Below are positions 61,485 to 64,000 of a stretch of DNA of 64,000 bases, piece after piece. Within the stretch, counting starts at the first letter, position 1; the number at the start of each line of letters is the position of its first letter. The translations under genes and the position numbers were made by a program. The notes under the pieces are model-generated. The model saw only the letters and a program-made list of their open reading frames with translations. It was not told the DNA's origin and did no database searches. Origin of the DNA: Eledone cirrhosa (taxonomy: Eukaryota); the NCBI GenBank assembly GCA_964016885.1, contig OZ024754.1:1922001-1986000 (forward strand), in the 5' to 3' direction.

Positions 61485-61793
61485 GATGGTGGTGCCCCAG
61501 CATGGCCTCAGCCTAACGGCTGGAATAAGTACTAGACTAATGTGTGACAGCTCACACCTATGCCGGTTTAGCTGCCCCCTCCCCTCCAAGGTATATCTCG
61601 TTGGAAGTGTCTTGGGTGATTTAATGATAGGGACCCCACTCCCTATCATCTCATTTCTACAGCTGAGTAAACTGGAGCAACGTGGAATAAAGTGTCTTGC
61701 TCAAGGAAACAATCATCACTCGGTCTGAGAATTGAACTCACAACCTTTCGATTGCAAGCTCAATGCTCTAACCACTCATCCATGCACCTTCAC
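61485..61793 (-). mobile_element. CORE-like tRNA-derived SINE, near full length
   Basis: Minus: tggttagagc A-box, gagttcaattc B-box, ccttgagcaagacacttta CORE-like block, tail ggccatgctggggcac (also at 26359-26374). Confidence 0.8.
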
Positions 61794-62092
61794 TACTAGA
61801 CTAATATAGTAATACCAAACCCTGATGACTGCAACATACATTTCACCTCAGCTCGATATGAACTCAGAATGTAAACTGCCTGAACTAATACAGTAAAGTA
61901 TATCCTCGACACCTCTAATGGTTCTGCAAATATATAATTTTAATAATTCATATATATACGTTCGGCGACTAATCGGGTAATCGATTCATCTTCTAAAACG
62001 TGGAATGATTAATGGCGATGTCGTATAGGAGTAACTGTCTCTCTTCCTCTCTTTGTCTTGTCTCTCTGTCTCTCTCTCTATCTATCTCTCTA

Positions 62093-62125
<33 letters not shown>

Positions 62126-62516
62126 TTATTTACATATAATTATATTTATTTACACACACATATATATGCTTATATATGTATGTATGTATATATATATATA
62201 CATACCTGACTGTGTGTTGGCTAATGCATGTATGTGTGTGTGTAGGAAGTGTTGAGTTTACGACAGTGAGCTCCATCTAAGTGAGATAGAACAGTGATTG
62301 TTAGCCGATTCGATCCCACAATATTTACCTCTCTTGAGACATAGATCAAAGGTGATTTTTTATTGTTCTTAATTTCCCTACAGATCTGTGAAGGACAAAA
62401 AGTGTAAGACTGATCATATGTCAACCAGAAATCAGCCCAAATAATCTACATCTTATCAATACAATCAAATATACTTCGAAGTTCAGGTGAACTCCTTTAA
62501 ATATATATATATATAT

Positions 62517-62561
<45 letters not shown>

Positions 62562-62674
62562 AGTAATGTATGTATGTATGTGTGTTTATGTGCACATGTG
62601 TGTGCGTATACACATATGTAAGTATGGATATACATATATACAATATTGTGAGAGTGTGTGTGTTTGCATGTATG

Positions 62675-62719
<45 letters not shown>

Positions 62720-63050
62720 ACACACACTCATGTAGTTGTACATACATAATAATTAATAAGAAGAAATACTTAAATATATAATATATATTATTGTGTTTAC
62801 AGTAGTCAGAACGTTCTAGAACATTATAATAATGTCAATGTTATTGCAAATACAACCGTAAATCTGTGATTCTGTTTCAAATACAATTATAAACAGTGTT
62901 TGGCGTATTTCAACAGACTGTTGAATTATCAATGACACAAATACCCTTAATTTACAAGCAATAACATTTTGTAAGATTTTAAATACAATTAAACATTCAT
63001 CTACATAAATCGTCTATTATAATGTGTATACAAACACACACCCACACACA

Positions 63051-63092
<42 letters not shown>

Positions 63093-63098
<6 letters not shown>

Positions 63099-63240
63099 AC
63101 AGATTAAAGTTTAAGCAAAGAATCGCTGTTTTCACCCTTAACGGGATCTTCTGAAACTAAAACTTTTGCTCTACGGTTCTTATATATTTGATATATATTT
63201 ATCCTTATCGAGCTCTCTTTGGATTTTAGTCTTCAAATTT
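63093..63240. mobile_element. Family C mini-insertion (HHR on minus at 63108-63158, tail on plus)
   Basis: Homologous to 21034-21240; in (TA)n. Confidence 0.8.
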
Positions 63241-64000
63241 ATTAATATTACTATATATATATATGGGTAAATATTTGCGATTTTTAATAACGGCATTATT
63301 TTCTCTTCCTTCTGCAAAGCTATTAGCGATGGTCTCAAAAACGTGAAATGGTTAAAACCTTAGATCGAGATATCGATATATTAATGATAAATAAGTTCCG
63401 TTAATAATTTAATAATTGTTATTCCTTTTAATATTCCTACAAGTATGATTTCAGTTTTTTAGACATAATGAAATGTGAATCAAATTAGAGTTGAAATACA
63501 TTTTTAATTAGTCTTCGTCTAGTTTGACTAATTTATATTTGGAAAAATGTTTAAATCTGGTGGATTAATTATCATTCCGACTAATACCATTCCTCTTTGC
63601 TGATATATATTATAATTGCACAGTTTTTTGGCCGCCTGTCAATTGACCATTGGAGGTTCTCAAAAACGTTTTAAATTATGAGATTTTATGTAATAAAAAG
63701 GAAAAATGCCCGGACAAGTGTACTAAACTTACTAAAGTGCAAGTATTTATACAAATAATCAGTGCTTCGTCAACGGCGAGGTTTCCTCTCTCTCTCCATC
63801 CATCTATCTATCTATCTATCTGTGACTTTCACTCTCTCTCTCTCTCTCTCTCCATCTATCTATCTATCTGTCTGTCTCTCTCACTTTCACTCTCTCCCTC
63901 TATCACTTTCACTCTTCCGCTCCTATGGTTGAGCGTTGTTCTTGTTTGGTTAAAAAACGTTCTTGATTGATTAAATATCGCATCAAAAGCTTTCATCTGA

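Overview
Very AT-rich, microsatellite-saturated animal DNA with no host protein-coding gene I can support. The SINE and microsatellite make-up suggests a cephalopod such as Octopus (inference). Almost all ORFs in the track are translations of (TA)n, (TACA)n, (AG)n or triplet repeats. Recognisable content: about 15 tRNA-derived SINE copies, a frameshifted Penelope-like (PLE, Neptune-type) RT-Cys linker-GIY-YIG fragment running into an assembly gap (29545-30466, minus), a decayed Tx1/L1-clade RT (38281-39336), RTE and other LINE remnants, and tandem duplications. The most interesting signal is non-coding. Many of the 130-550 bp unique islands inside (TA)n/(AG)n tracts fold by eye into type-I hammerhead ribozymes (HHRs) of at least 7 unrelated sequence families. 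They are followed by an AATAAA/T-rich tail and often carry a 5' inverted duplication, the layout of PLE pseudo-LTR insertions. Several have unusual features: a CAGAAGA core fixed in 3 copies, recurrent U-U at the base of stem II, very long or branched stem II, and a 207-bp perfect palindrome encoding an HHR on each strand. One HHR family is fused, twice in tandem, to a TIR-bounded cassette with two convergent tRNA-like Pol III promoters. PLE-associated HHRs are known in general. All folds here were done by hand and no activity is demonstrated.
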